Source: Oceanispirochaeta sp. (GTDB taxonomy: Bacteria; Spirochaetota; Spirochaetia; DSM-2461). Taken from it: a stretch of 60,139 bases of DNA. Positions 9,912 to 19,194 of this stretch are shown here, one piece after another. Both the position numbers and the translations under genes were made by a program. Where the stretch lies: positions 1 through 60,139 of the forward strand of contig NZ_JAQIBL010000003.1 of the NCBI RefSeq assembly GCF_027859075.1. Direction: 5' to 3'. Position 1 is the stretch's first letter; each line of letters opens with the position of its first letter. The notes below the pieces were generated by a model that had not been told where the DNA came from, searched no databases, and saw only the letters and a program-made list of their open reading frames with translations.

Positions 9912-11207
9912 TTATTGATAGAAGAGATTCGGCAGAGTCATTACGATCTGCGGAATATAGGTTATGGCCAGTAAAACGCTCACCATGACCAGGTAAAAGG
10001 GAATCATCGCCCTGGACAATTTCTCAATGGGGATGCGGGATATAGCACTGCCGATAAACAGAACCCCTCCGACAGGAGGTGTAATCAAACCGATACCCAG
10101 ATTCAGAATCATGACTACACCAAAATGCACAGGATCCATTCCCATTTCCAGAACGATAGGCAGAAGAATGGGGGTCATAATAACAATAAGTGCCGACATA
10201 CCAGTCAATGTCCCCAGAAAGAGGAGCAGGAGGTTAATCAGAATTAAGATAACAAACTTGCTGCTGGTTAAAGCCATGATTCCGCTGGCAAAAAGTGCCG
10301 GTATCTTCAGAAAAGCAACAAGCCAGCCGAAAGCACCGGCTGAGGCAATCAATATCATCACGATGGACAGGGTTTCCAGAGAGGTCCGCAAGATCTTGAA
10401 GAATGACCTTAAAGGGATTTCCCTGTATATCACAAATGTGACGAAGAGTGACCAGATGACAGCAATTGCCGCGGCTTCTGTTGCCGTAAAGATCCCGCCG
10501 ACAACTCCAACAACAACGATGAGGACCGTCAGAAGCCCCCAGGAAGAGTCATATGTTGATTTCAAGGCGAATCTCAGATCAAACTTGTCACCCTTGGGAT
10601 ACTTCCGCAGAACACTGAAAACATAACAGTAGACCATAAGGGCGATACCCAGGAAGATTCCCGGAACCAGGCCTCCCATAAAGAGCTTACCGATACTCAC
10701 ACCTCCGGCAGCCATGGCAAAGATGACAAAATTATGGCTGGGAGGAACAAGAAGCCCCTGTATGGAGCTCGCCATGGTAACAGTAGTGGCGAATTCACCG
10801 TCGTACCCATCTTTTTTCATCATAGGAATCATGATAGAACCGATAGAAGACGTATCGGCTGAGGCAGATCCTGAGATTCCCCCAAAAAACATACTGGCCA
10901 GGATGTTCACCATAGCCAGGCCTCCCCGCATCCAGCCGATGAGAGCCTTGGAGAGAACAATGAGTCGGTTGGAAATTCCACCTTCACCCATAAGGGCACC
11001 GGCAATAACAAAAAAAGGGACCGCCTGAAGAACAAAAACATGGGCTCCTTTTACGAGATTGATGGCAATCATCTGCACCGGCATTTCGAGATAAAGAGTA
11101 GTGAGTACTGCTGAGATTCCCATTGCCAGGGCAATTCTCTGCCCGAGAAACATCATGAGCAGAAAGCTCCCCAGTAATATGGCAATGGCAATATTTGGAT
11201 CAGGCAT
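9912..11207 (-). CDS. dctM: TRAP transporter large permease
   Basis: FFGGISGSASAD, LVPPSH, GGIFTATEAAA and IGLITPPVG motifs; start placed at MPDPN after AAGGAGG. Confidence 0.95.
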   Translation of the reverse strand: MPDPNIAIAILLGSFLLMMFLGQRIALAMGISAVLTTLYLEMPVQMIAINLVKGAHVFVLQAVPFFVIAGALMGEGGISNRLIVLSKALIGWMRGGLAMVNILASMFFGGISGSASADTSSIGSIMIPMMKKDGYDGEFATTVTMASSIQGLLVPPSHNFVIFAMAAGGVSIGKLFMGGLVPGIFLGIALMVYCYVFSVLRKYPKGDKFDLRFALKSTYDSSWGLLTVLIVVVGVVGGIFTATEAAAIAVIWSLFVTFVIYREIPLRSFFKILRTSLETLSIVMILIASAGAFGWLVAFLKIPALFASGIMALTSSKFVILILINLLLLFLGTLTGMSALIVIMTPILLPIVLEMGMDPVHFGVVMILNLGIGLITPPVGGVLFIGSAISRIPIEKLSRAMIPFYLVMVSVLLAITYIPQIVMTLPNLFYQ

Positions 11208-11721
11208 TTCTAGCCTCCTTGGGAGAAATTCCTGTGGATATTTCAAAAATCAGTTTGAAGCTGAGCATGGCCGCCAGCAGGATGCCCCCTACGGGAACAG
11301 AGAGATACAACCAGCCTTTTGATATGCCAATAGCTGAATCAATCCAGTTTTTATTCAGTTCAACAACTTTAAATCCTTCCACACAGAGAAAGATGGCAAA
11401 GGCGATGATTGTCAAGTCATTAAAGATAGCAATGCCGTTCTTCCACTTGGAAGGAAGGTACTGTTCCAGCAAGGTGATACGGATATGATTTTCATTCCTG
11501 ATCCCGATGGCAATGCTGAGCATTGAAAACCAGACCATACAGAGAAGGGAAATCCCTTCTCCCCAGGCGGGGCTTTTATTCAGGACAAAACGTCCGAATA
11601 CGACGATCGTAATTACGATTATCTGCATAGTCATCAAGGCACTGCAGAGGGCATTGATCGACTCATACATGCCCTCCATTACCTTCATCAGACTGCGGGG
11701 CAGTTTGCTGTTGGTTGTCAT
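11200..11721 (-). CDS. dctQ: TRAP transporter small permease
   Basis: VFGRFVLNKSPAWGE, HIRI and WLYLSVPVGG motifs; 4 TM segments; lies between dctP and dctM. Confidence 0.92.
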   Translation of the reverse strand: MTTNSKLPRSLMKVMEGMYESINALCSALMTMQIIVITIVVFGRFVLNKSPAWGEGISLLCMVWFSMLSIAIGIRNENHIRITLLEQYLPSKWKNGIAIFNDLTIIAFAIFLCVEGFKVVELNKNWIDSAIGISKGWLYLSVPVGGILLAAMLSFKLIFEISTGISPKEARNA

Positions 11722-11735
11722 TTTGTTCTCCCGAC

Positions 11736-11768
11736 AAAAAAACCGGCAGGAGCCGCAGCTCCGGCCGG
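11736..11768 (-). terminator. Intrinsic terminator/attenuator after dctP
   Basis: Minus strand CCGGCCGGAGC-tgcg-GCTCCTGCCGG followed by T7. Confidence 0.75.
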
Positions 11769-11795
11769 TACTATATTGTCCTTCAGTTTATTAAA

Positions 11796-12815
11796 TTATT
11801 TTACAGCCTGAATCTCTTTGATCAGATCTGTCAGACCGGCGCCGTACTGATAGAATACGGGGGTCGCGGCTTCAATCCATGCGTCCTTGTCACTCAGTTC
11901 ATAAAACGTTGCCCCTTTGGACTCCATATCGGCAATATACTCTTTGTTTTTCCTTTCTACAAATTCCTTAACGAAACCTGTACTGGCCACAGCAGCATCT
12001 TTGATGATCTTCTGATCTGCAGAACTCAGCTTGTTCCAAGAGATTTCAGACATGTGAATGAGACTGGGTGCCATGGTATGTGTATCGAAGGTAAAGTAGG
12101 GAGCCACTTCAAAAAAGTTGTTTGTGTAGTAACCAGCAACGGGGTTTTCAGCAGCATCAACAACGCCGGTCTGAAGTGCTGAATACAGTTCGCTGTAGGC
12201 GATGGGTGTGGCAGAAGCACCGAAGCCTTCCATGAGATCCACAAACATCTGAATGTTTTGAACCCTTACTTTCAGACCTTTCATGTCATCCAGACTCTTA
12301 ATGGGTTTTTTTGTTGTAAAGAAGCTTCTGGCACCGTCTGAATGGTATGCCAGGGAAACCAGCTTTGTACCACCGGCCTGAACGCTGGCCAGAATTTTTT
12401 CTCCCACTTCACCAAGCATAACTTTGTTAAGATGGTCTTCGTCTCTGAAAACATAAGGAAGCTCATAGACATAGACCTCTTTGACGCCCATATCCGCGAT
12501 GGTTCCGGGCTTTGAAAAAGTAAAGTCCAGGGCTCCGACCTGTACGGCCTGTACCATTTCGCTTACTCCACCCAGCTGGCTGGAGGGATACAGATCTATG
12601 GTAATTCTACCCCCTGAGTTCTTCTTTACTTCATCAGCAAAGAACTGTGCGCCCTGCAGGAAGGGGTGGTTTGTTGGGTTAACAGCACCAAAACGCAGTG
12701 TGATAGGTTCGGTAGACTGTTTAACAACTTTTGCTGGTGCGGCTTCCTGCTGACCTGCAGCAAATACAGCGGAAGAGAGCAGGACGGCCAATAAGATGGT
12801 CATTAACTTTTTCAT
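11796..12815 (-). CDS. dctP: TRAP transporter substrate-binding protein (probably for a sugar acid)
   Basis: Signal peptide; YPSSQLG, GLKVRVQ (carboxylate-binding Arg) and LQTGVVDAAENP motifs. Confidence 0.95.
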   Translation of the reverse strand: MKKLMTILLAVLLSSAVFAAGQQEAAPAKVVKQSTEPITLRFGAVNPTNHPFLQGAQFFADEVKKNSGGRITIDLYPSSQLGGVSEMVQAVQVGALDFTFSKPGTIADMGVKEVYVYELPYVFRDEDHLNKVMLGEVGEKILASVQAGGTKLVSLAYHSDGARSFFTTKKPIKSLDDMKGLKVRVQNIQMFVDLMEGFGASATPIAYSELYSALQTGVVDAAENPVAGYYTNNFFEVAPYFTFDTHTMAPSLIHMSEISWNKLSSADQKIIKDAAVASTGFVKEFVERKNKEYIADMESKGATFYELSDKDAWIEAATPVFYQYGAGLTDLIKEIQAVK

Positions 12816-12962
12816 TAGAATACTCCTTTAATTTAGTAAGTAAATGGTATATCCACTTTGTTACAACTGAAAAGGGTAATAATCGAGCCAGACCTGGCTT
12901 TAGCAATCCATATCCCTATAGATTACTCATTCCTTCCTGCCATTTTGATGATAGAATTAATT

Positions 12963-13598
12963 ATGAAGCAAGAAAAAAAATCCTTCTTTCTCCTGGGAGA
13001 CTCCATATCAATCCATTACAGACCTTTTCTAATCCACCATCTTGGATCGTCCTGGACTATTTTTGGAAAAGACGGAACTGCCAGGGATCTGGAAGATCTT
13101 GATTTCCCCAGAGGAGCCAATGGTGGAGATTCGGCCATGGTTCTCGAATACCTGAAAAACGAGCTCCCCTTTTCCCAGACGAAAACCCTTCTCCTCAATT
13201 GCGGGCTACATGATATAAAACGGTATGAGAGTCAGTCGGGGTATCAGGTAACAACTGATGAGTATAAAAAGAATCTGACAGCCATCACAAAACTTTGTAA
13301 AGATAGTGGAATGACACTGATCTGGATTACAACTACGGGATTTGATGAGATCCGGCACAACACTCTTCAAAAAGAATTTAAACGACATGAAGCCGATGGA
13401 GAACTCTTCAACAGTATTGCCCTGGATGTAATGCATCAGGCAGAGCTGCCGGTCATAGACCTGAGAAGATTTACAGCGTCACTGGAAGGTGATGAGATAT
13501 TCGACGATCATATCCACTTTTCCCTGCCCGTGCGGAGAAGGCAGGGGGAATTTCTGTCATTGGAGGTCAGAAAAATTCTGGATGGAATCAGTGACTAG
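12963..13598 (+). CDS. SGNH/GDSL esterase (possible carbohydrate de-acetylase)
   Basis: GDSIS, NGGDS, NCGLHD and DHIHF catalytic blocks; start reassigned to MKQEK. Confidence 0.88.
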   Translation: MKQEKKSFFLLGDSISIHYRPFLIHHLGSSWTIFGKDGTARDLEDLDFPRGANGGDSAMVLEYLKNELPFSQTKTLLLNCGLHDIKRYESQSGYQVTTDEYKKNLTAITKLCKDSGMTLIWITTTGFDEIRHNTLQKEFKRHEADGELFNSIALDVMHQAELPVIDLRRFTASLEGDEIFDDHIHFSLPVRRRQGEFLSLEVRKILDGISD

Positions 13599-13664
13599 TC
13601 CCCAGGAAAGACAGCTTTCTTTTTTGAAAGGATACGCCCTTATGCAGAATCGACTCCTATTAAT

Positions 13665-14582
13665 TCAGCCGTAGCTGACCTTTTTCATCCCTTCCCCGTC
13701 AATACAGGTCGCCAGATGATCAAGAATGACCGAGGATTTCCGTCCTTCTATCCCGTCACAGAGCAACTCTTCTTTTCCTTCTACGGCTTTATTGAAATTA
13801 TCTATCAGTCCCCAATGGGTATAGCGCAGCCCACCCACATGAACAGAGCGCTCTTGACCGTCTACCTGAAAGATCATCTGTCCCGCTTTTAAATCATGGA
13901 GGTAAATCCTTCCCTTACTCCCCTGAATGATCAGGCTTTCGGGCATGCCTGTCTCTAACCAGCCCATGGCCATGCGGACAGTAACACCGGAATGAGTCAA
14001 AGCTTCAATATAGGGAATCCTCCGTGCCGGGAGGAAGGGATCATCCGTGCTGCCGCCGATCCCGGCGCTGGCAATCTCTCCAAAAAAATAATGTACCAGA
14101 TCAAGGCGGTGGGAAGTTGGAAATTCATTACAAAAATAAAGAGCTTCCGGGGTCCCGATAATCCCTTCTCTGAGCTTATCGGCAATGTAGCGGATCGATG
14201 GATAGCCCCGTCTATAATATGCCACTCCCAGGGAGCAGCCTGATTTATCCGCAGCGGCAATCATGGAATCACAACCTTTACTGTCGATAGACATGGGCTT
14301 TTCAACCAGAACATGCTTACCAGCTTCCAGGGCCTTCATTGTATGTTCCCGGTGAAGAGGATGGGGGCTCGCCACATAGATGGCATTAATTTCAGGAGAA
14401 GAAATCAATTCATCAAAGGAAGAGACATAGCGGCCATGACCGTGGCGCTGCACAAAGTCTTCCCCGGCATCCCTGTTTCGTCTGTGAACGAGAATCAGAT
14501 CAGAATTATACAGTAAATACAAAGGCGGTCCCGATTTCCGCTCACACACATCTCCAGCACCAATCATTCCCCATTTAACCAT
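13665..14582 (-). CDS. Gfo/Idh/MocA family oxidoreductase
   Basis: WGMIGAGDV, GKHVLVEKP, AYYRR and HRLD motifs; start at MVKWG. Confidence 0.9.
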   Translation of the reverse strand: MVKWGMIGAGDVCERKSGPPLYLLYNSDLILVHRRNRDAGEDFVQRHGHGRYVSSFDELISSPEINAIYVASPHPLHREHTMKALEAGKHVLVEKPMSIDSKGCDSMIAAADKSGCSLGVAYYRRGYPSIRYIADKLREGIIGTPEALYFCNEFPTSHRLDLVHYFFGEIASAGIGGSTDDPFLPARRIPYIEALTHSGVTVRMAMGWLETGMPESLIIQGSKGRIYLHDLKAGQMIFQVDGQERSVHVGGLRYTHWGLIDNFNKAVEGKEELLCDGIEGRKSSVILDHLATCIDGEGMKKVSYG

Positions 14583-14745
14583 TTTACAATCCCTTATTAA
14601 CCAATGCTTATTCACTTGATTCAAAAAGTCAATGACTGCAAAAGTAGTAAAAACAATAATCGAAAAGTCCAAATAAAATTCTGTTTGCACCATGGTGTTC
14701 TGAAGCTAAGGATGGAATAATTAGATTCTCAATATAGAGGAAAGA

Positions 14746-15033
14746 ATGAGCACCCTAAAGAACAAGAGAACCCCATTGCTAGGTTTGTATTTTGATGAAG
14801 ACCAGATGAGTTTGCTCCTGAAGCGCCGGAGTGACCCCCGATTGTTACCCCACTTCAACTCCCCTGACAATATCAATTATGCCGCCTACGGTGATAAACA
14901 GGAACACTACCACATGCACATTGTCCCCAAGAAAAAAGATATTCCGGGCTGAGGATCTCATTTTGAAATGCGTCCCCATCCGGGGATCTATATGGATGAA
15001 GACGCTACAGCAGAACGGGGATCTAACTTATGA
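14746..15033 (+). pseudogene. Chimeric remnant: unknown N-terminus fused to a HIT-family C-terminal half with an internal stop
   Basis: PDNINYAAYGDKQEHYHMHIVPK carries the histidine triad HxHxH. After TGA at 14950 the frame continues GSHFEMRP..., consistent with TGG(W)>TGA. The HIT N-terminal half is absent. Confidence 0.65.
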
Positions 15034-15131
15034 TCAGGAATCCGGAAGGTCCTGGAGAACTGAAACCTGAGCGCCGGATCAGATTGTCAACGACCCAGCT
15101 GTTCCGGTACTATCTTCAAACAAAGGTTAAT

Positions 15132-15923
15132 TTAAGCTATGGGATTCTTCCCGATATAAGCCAGGATTCCCCCGTCAACATACAGGACATGACCATTAAC
15201 AAAGTCAGATGAACTGGATGCCAGGAATACAGCAGGCCCCATCAGGTCATCAGTCTTTCCCCATCTGGCCGCGGGAGTCTTGGAAAGAATGAATTTGTTA
15301 AAAGGATGTTCGGGAGTCCTCAAAGGAGCAGTCTGAGGAGTCTCAAAGTATCCTGGACCAATACCGTTACACTGAATATTATACTCCCCGTATTCACTGC
15401 AGATATTACGGGTTAGCATTTTCAGACCTCCCTTTGCCGCAGCATAAGCGGATACAGTTTCCCGCCCTAATTCACTCATCATGGAACAGATATTGATAAT
15501 TTTTCCTGAGTTTCTTTTCATCATGGAAGGTAAAACAGCTTTAGACACAATAAACGGGCCAGTCAGGTCGATGTCTATGACCTGGCGAAACTCTTCTGCT
15601 GTCATTTCATGCATGGGGATACGTTATATGATACCTGCATTATTCACAAGGATATCAATAGGAGCCAGATCTGATTCAATCTGTTTCACCAGGTCGACCA
15701 TCTGATCTTCATCAGTCACATCTGCGACATACCCTTTTACGGGAATTCCTGCTTCCTTGTATGCTGCCAATCCCTTGTCTACCAGATCCTGATTGATATC
15801 ATTGAAAGCAACCTTGGCACCGAATGTAGCCAGTCCCTTGGCGATAGCAAATCCAATACCATAGGAACCACCGGTGACCAGGGCCACCTTTCCTGACAAA
15901 TCAAAGCTTAGTTCATTAAACAT
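15132..15923 (-). pseudogene. Gluconate 5-dehydrogenase / DhuD-KduD-like SDR, interrupted by one in-frame stop
   Basis: The two track ORFs are in the same frame: NNAGII-TAA(15624-26)-RIPMHEM, where K (AAA) is expected. TGGSYGIG and YAAAKGG motifs are intact. Confidence 0.88.
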
Positions 15924-15989
15924 CTTTTTCTCCTTCTACAGAACCGGAACCCTGATGAATTCCAGAACATGATTGAATACACTAAAATT

Positions 15990-17006
15990 TTAATTACCCT
16001 TAATGAGTATTTTCATAAGATCTGCCTGTTCATCCAGAGATTCAAAGCAGGATTGTGCATCTTCCAGTGATGCAACTTTCGAAATAACCTTTCTCCAGGG
16101 AGCCTTATTTTCATGCAGCAACTTGATGGCCCTGTCAAAATCTTCTGACTGATACACCCTGGCTCCACGGATATCAAGTTCTCTGAGAAAGATTTCCTTA
16201 AGCACAACCTCAGCTGGAGCTCCGAAGATTCCCACCAAAACAATGACACCACGGGGACGGGCAAGGCCGGTCATCAAAGCAGCACCGGGCTTTGAACCGG
16301 ATACTTCAAAAACAATATCTGCTCCATCCCCTCCAGTCCATTGGAATACTGCTTCTACAGGATTCACAGTAAGGGAATCTATAGTCTTGATACCCATGTC
16401 CTCAGCAACATCCCTTCTCTCCTTACTGATTTCCAAAAGCCTGACATCAGCACCGTCCAACTGAGCCAGAAGGGCGATTAGCAGACCGATAGGTCCTCCC
16501 CCGATTATGGCTACCCGGTCGCCTTTCTTTAAACCTGAACGTGATACATCATGGCAGGCTACGGCCAGAGGTTCCGTCAGAGCAGCCACTTCCAGATCCA
16601 TATCCTCTGGAAGTGCATGAAGAATGTCAGCTTTTACTTTCCAGTACTGCTGAAAGGCTCCTTCCGAATCGACACCAATAAAATTAAGGTTCTGGCAGAT
16701 ATGGGAGTATCCCATCCTACAGGCAATACAATCCTTATCGGGATCTAATGGACGGACGGTCACCTTCTGTCCTTTTTCATAGCCTGTCACACCGGCACCC
16801 AGTTCATGAATAGTTCCGGACATTTCATGACCGAATGTCATGGGAGGCTTCACTCTTTCATCCATTATGCCATGATAGATATGGCGGTCAGTTCCGCAGA
16901 TTCCGCAATAGGCAATCTTGATGACAACTTCACTGGAACCAGCCTCCGGGATCTCTTTATCTACTACAGTCAGTAATTTCGCATTGTTATAAACGAGGGA
17001 TTTCAT
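15990..17006 (-). CDS. Zn-dependent medium-chain dehydrogenase (sugar-acid/polyol type)
   Basis: CGICGTD, GHEMSG, EPLAVACH and GGGPIG motifs; start MKSLV after AAGGAG. Confidence 0.9.
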   Translation of the reverse strand: MKSLVYNNAKLLTVVDKEIPEAGSSEVVIKIAYCGICGTDRHIYHGIMDERVKPPMTFGHEMSGTIHELGAGVTGYEKGQKVTVRPLDPDKDCIACRMGYSHICQNLNFIGVDSEGAFQQYWKVKADILHALPEDMDLEVAALTEPLAVACHDVSRSGLKKGDRVAIIGGGPIGLLIALLAQLDGADVRLLEISKERRDVAEDMGIKTIDSLTVNPVEAVFQWTGGDGADIVFEVSGSKPGAALMTGLARPRGVIVLVGIFGAPAEVVLKEIFLRELDIRGARVYQSEDFDRAIKLLHENKAPWRKVISKVASLEDAQSCFESLDEQADLMKILIKGN

Positions 17007-17072
17007 ACCTTCTCCTTGTGTAAAAACTTGATTATCCCCGGCAATATATTGATACCGGGATAGAAAATACAA

Positions 17073-18245
17073 TCAGCTCATAAAATTGCACTGATGCAGA
17101 GACTTGCGGTTCAGTCTGTAGGGACCTTCGTAGCCGCTGTCCCCCAGAATCATAGAGACTAAAGCTATGGACAGGGGATAGAACCAGCTGCCCAGCATAA
17201 TGTGGGTCCTGTTGATATCATCATCTCTATGTTCAGCACTGACCTCCGATTCTCCCTCTTTCCAGATCCAGTGGGGTCTTGGTTTCCATTCAGCATATTT
17301 GCTGCCTCGCCGGTGCAAGCGGAATCCGACGCCCTTTTCATCTTCATGCATCAGTGCATGGTCCAGATACAAACGGGCCGCCTTTCGTATTTCATCACTT
17401 TTATAGTCAGTCATACGGGCCAGATTCAGGAGCATATAGGCTCCGTCAAAGTCGGGACAGTCAGAACCACCCGCCCAGAAGGAACCGTCTTTCAATTGGG
17501 TTTCAAAGGTGGTATCCACACTTTCATTAAGATACCGGACAGGCCAGCCCTGGGCAAAATACATGGGCAGCACATGGATGGTACCGAACTGACCGTTCCA
17601 GATATCCGCTCCCAGCTGAGTCCCCCAGTAACCTGTCTTTGGATCCTGCAGTTCCTCCAGAGCCGGATACATTTCCTTTTCCAGAATCTCATCCACCCGG
17701 GATTCGCCAAAGAAGTCTCTGGCTCCCATCATGGCCGTGGCCACGGCACAGATCTGGTTTCCCGCAGCCCAGGAGTTTTTCCAGTTATAACGCTTGATAT
17801 AATTATACATGTAACCCTTGTCAAAAAAGGGCTCCAGGAAGTTGTAAGGGTAATCGGGTTTTTCTCCCAAGAGGTACAGAGACCAGGTATTCCCCCTTGT
17901 GTAATGCCACAAAGGGTCCATCTCTTCGGGGCTACGCTGCCTATCATTCTCTGGATCATGAGCAAAGTGTCCCCACTTGGTCTGGTGTTTTTTATACTGC
18001 TCTGCCCAGTGTTTCAGGACAGCCCTGTCTGTGGGAGCCTCGCCGAATAAGTCCAGGATATGAAAGCCGTGATACGAGCCGTAGAGGCTCTCTCCCTCCC
18101 CTTCTTCCTTGGCATACTGACCAGGAGCATCTCCTATTTTCATTTTATCAACATAAGCCAGGGCTGTTTTTTTGATTCGTTCATATCCGGGTGTGGGGTC
18201 ATGGAGGCAAAGTTCATGCCGTCCCGAAATCTCACTTTTTACCAT
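17073..18245 (-). CDS. Hypothetical protein with prenyltransferase/squalene-cyclase-like alpha/alpha-toroid repeats
   Basis: QW-like turns HQTKWGHF, LQDPKTGYWG and QLKDGSFW; Trp/His/Asp-rich; AAGGAG RBS; inside an operon. Confidence 0.6.
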   Translation of the reverse strand: MVKSEISGRHELCLHDPTPGYERIKKTALAYVDKMKIGDAPGQYAKEEGEGESLYGSYHGFHILDLFGEAPTDRAVLKHWAEQYKKHQTKWGHFAHDPENDRQRSPEEMDPLWHYTRGNTWSLYLLGEKPDYPYNFLEPFFDKGYMYNYIKRYNWKNSWAAGNQICAVATAMMGARDFFGESRVDEILEKEMYPALEELQDPKTGYWGTQLGADIWNGQFGTIHVLPMYFAQGWPVRYLNESVDTTFETQLKDGSFWAGGSDCPDFDGAYMLLNLARMTDYKSDEIRKAARLYLDHALMHEDEKGVGFRLHRRGSKYAEWKPRPHWIWKEGESEVSAEHRDDDINRTHIMLGSWFYPLSIALVSMILGDSGYEGPYRLNRKSLHQCNFMS

Positions 18246-18335
18246 GGGGTTCTCCTTTTTAATAAAGCCCACCCTCCCCATACCTTATTCAAAGGCCGTA
18301 GAATGAGGGCTGATATTTTTACTTACCTGAGGGAA

Positions 18336-19049
18336 TTATTTCATCTTGTCAAAGCTTTCGAACTCTATATCCTGAATCACAACATTGCTTTCTCTTGTGA
18401 GGATAAAATAGATGACCTCGGCGACATTTTTGGTCTTCAAAAACAGCTCACGGGGCACCTTGCGGTCTCCCCAAAAGGGGCTGTCTGCAGCACCAGGACA
18501 GACATTGCTGACCTTGACATTCTTTTCGATGGCATTGATCTGTGTGGCCTGGCTCATCATGGTGACTGCCGCTTTTGCCGCACAGTAGAGGGGCGCTCCC
18601 CCATTGGCTCTTTTGGAAGCCATGGAAGCAAAGTTGATGATGGCTCCACCCTTTTCTACATCCACCAGGTTCATAAAATGCTTGGAAGTAAGAAAGGTTC
18701 CTTTCACATTGACATCCATCATGAGATCAAATTTTTCCACATCCAGGTCCTGAACCTTGCCGGGAATGCTGAGACCTGCCAGGTTGATGAGTGTATCAAG
18801 AGATCCCAGCTGCGCCTTGGCATCTGAGAGAAATGATTTAACAGCGGCTTCGTCTGTAACATCCAGTTCACGGGCAAAGACCTTGTGTCCCCTGGCTTCT
18901 TCGGCGGCAGCCTGTTCTTTTAAAAGATCCGGCTGGTTGGAAGCGAGGGCCAGTTTTACAGAATCTCCCGCTACTTCTTCTAAAATGGCCGATCCGATAC
19001 CGCCGGTTGATCCTATGAGTACAAGTACTTCTCCGTTCAATTTTTTCAT
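18336..19049 (-). CDS. Short-chain dehydrogenase/reductase
   Basis: GSTGGIG, INLAG, YCAAK and CPG motifs. Confidence 0.9.
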   Translation of the reverse strand: MKKLNGEVLVLIGSTGGIGSAILEEVAGDSVKLALASNQPDLLKEQAAAEEARGHKVFARELDVTDEAAVKSFLSDAKAQLGSLDTLINLAGLSIPGKVQDLDVEKFDLMMDVNVKGTFLTSKHFMNLVDVEKGGAIINFASMASKRANGGAPLYCAAKAAVTMMSQATQINAIEKNVKVSNVCPGAADSPFWGDRKVPRELFLKTKNVAEVIYFILTRESNVVIQDIEFESFDKMK

Positions 19050-19173
19050 ACATTATATCCTTGAGAGGGACGGCATATCACTGTTAGATTAAACAAGATC
19101 GGTCCCTACTTGATTTTGTTAAGTCAATTGTAGACTCCCTTGAGGGGACAGACCATTAACGAAGGAGTCAATG

Positions 19174-19191
19174 TTTATACGATTTGATCAT
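19174..19191. promoter_or_regulatory. Putative AraC-type activator site, copy 1
   Basis: TTTATACGATTTGATCAT is 16/18 identical to 22194-22211 and lies upstream of a minus-strand TACAAT -10 at 19127-32. Confidence 0.5.
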
Positions 19192-19194
19192 AAA

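Noticed and set aside
14950-14952. In-frame TGA as possible selenocysteine or recoding
   Set aside because: The position corresponds to Trp in a truncated HIT remnant, no SECIS-like hairpin is evident, and TGA is used as a normal stop elsewhere in the window.
17073-18245. Squalene-hopene or other terpene cyclase call
   Set aside because: Too short, no DxDD motif, and no isoprenoid genes nearby.
17202-18827. Long plus-strand ORFs (282 and 255 aa), and similar ones at 4582, 6162, 45921, 51470 and 58412
   Set aside because: Antisense shadows of well-supported genes, with no recognisable motifs or RBS.
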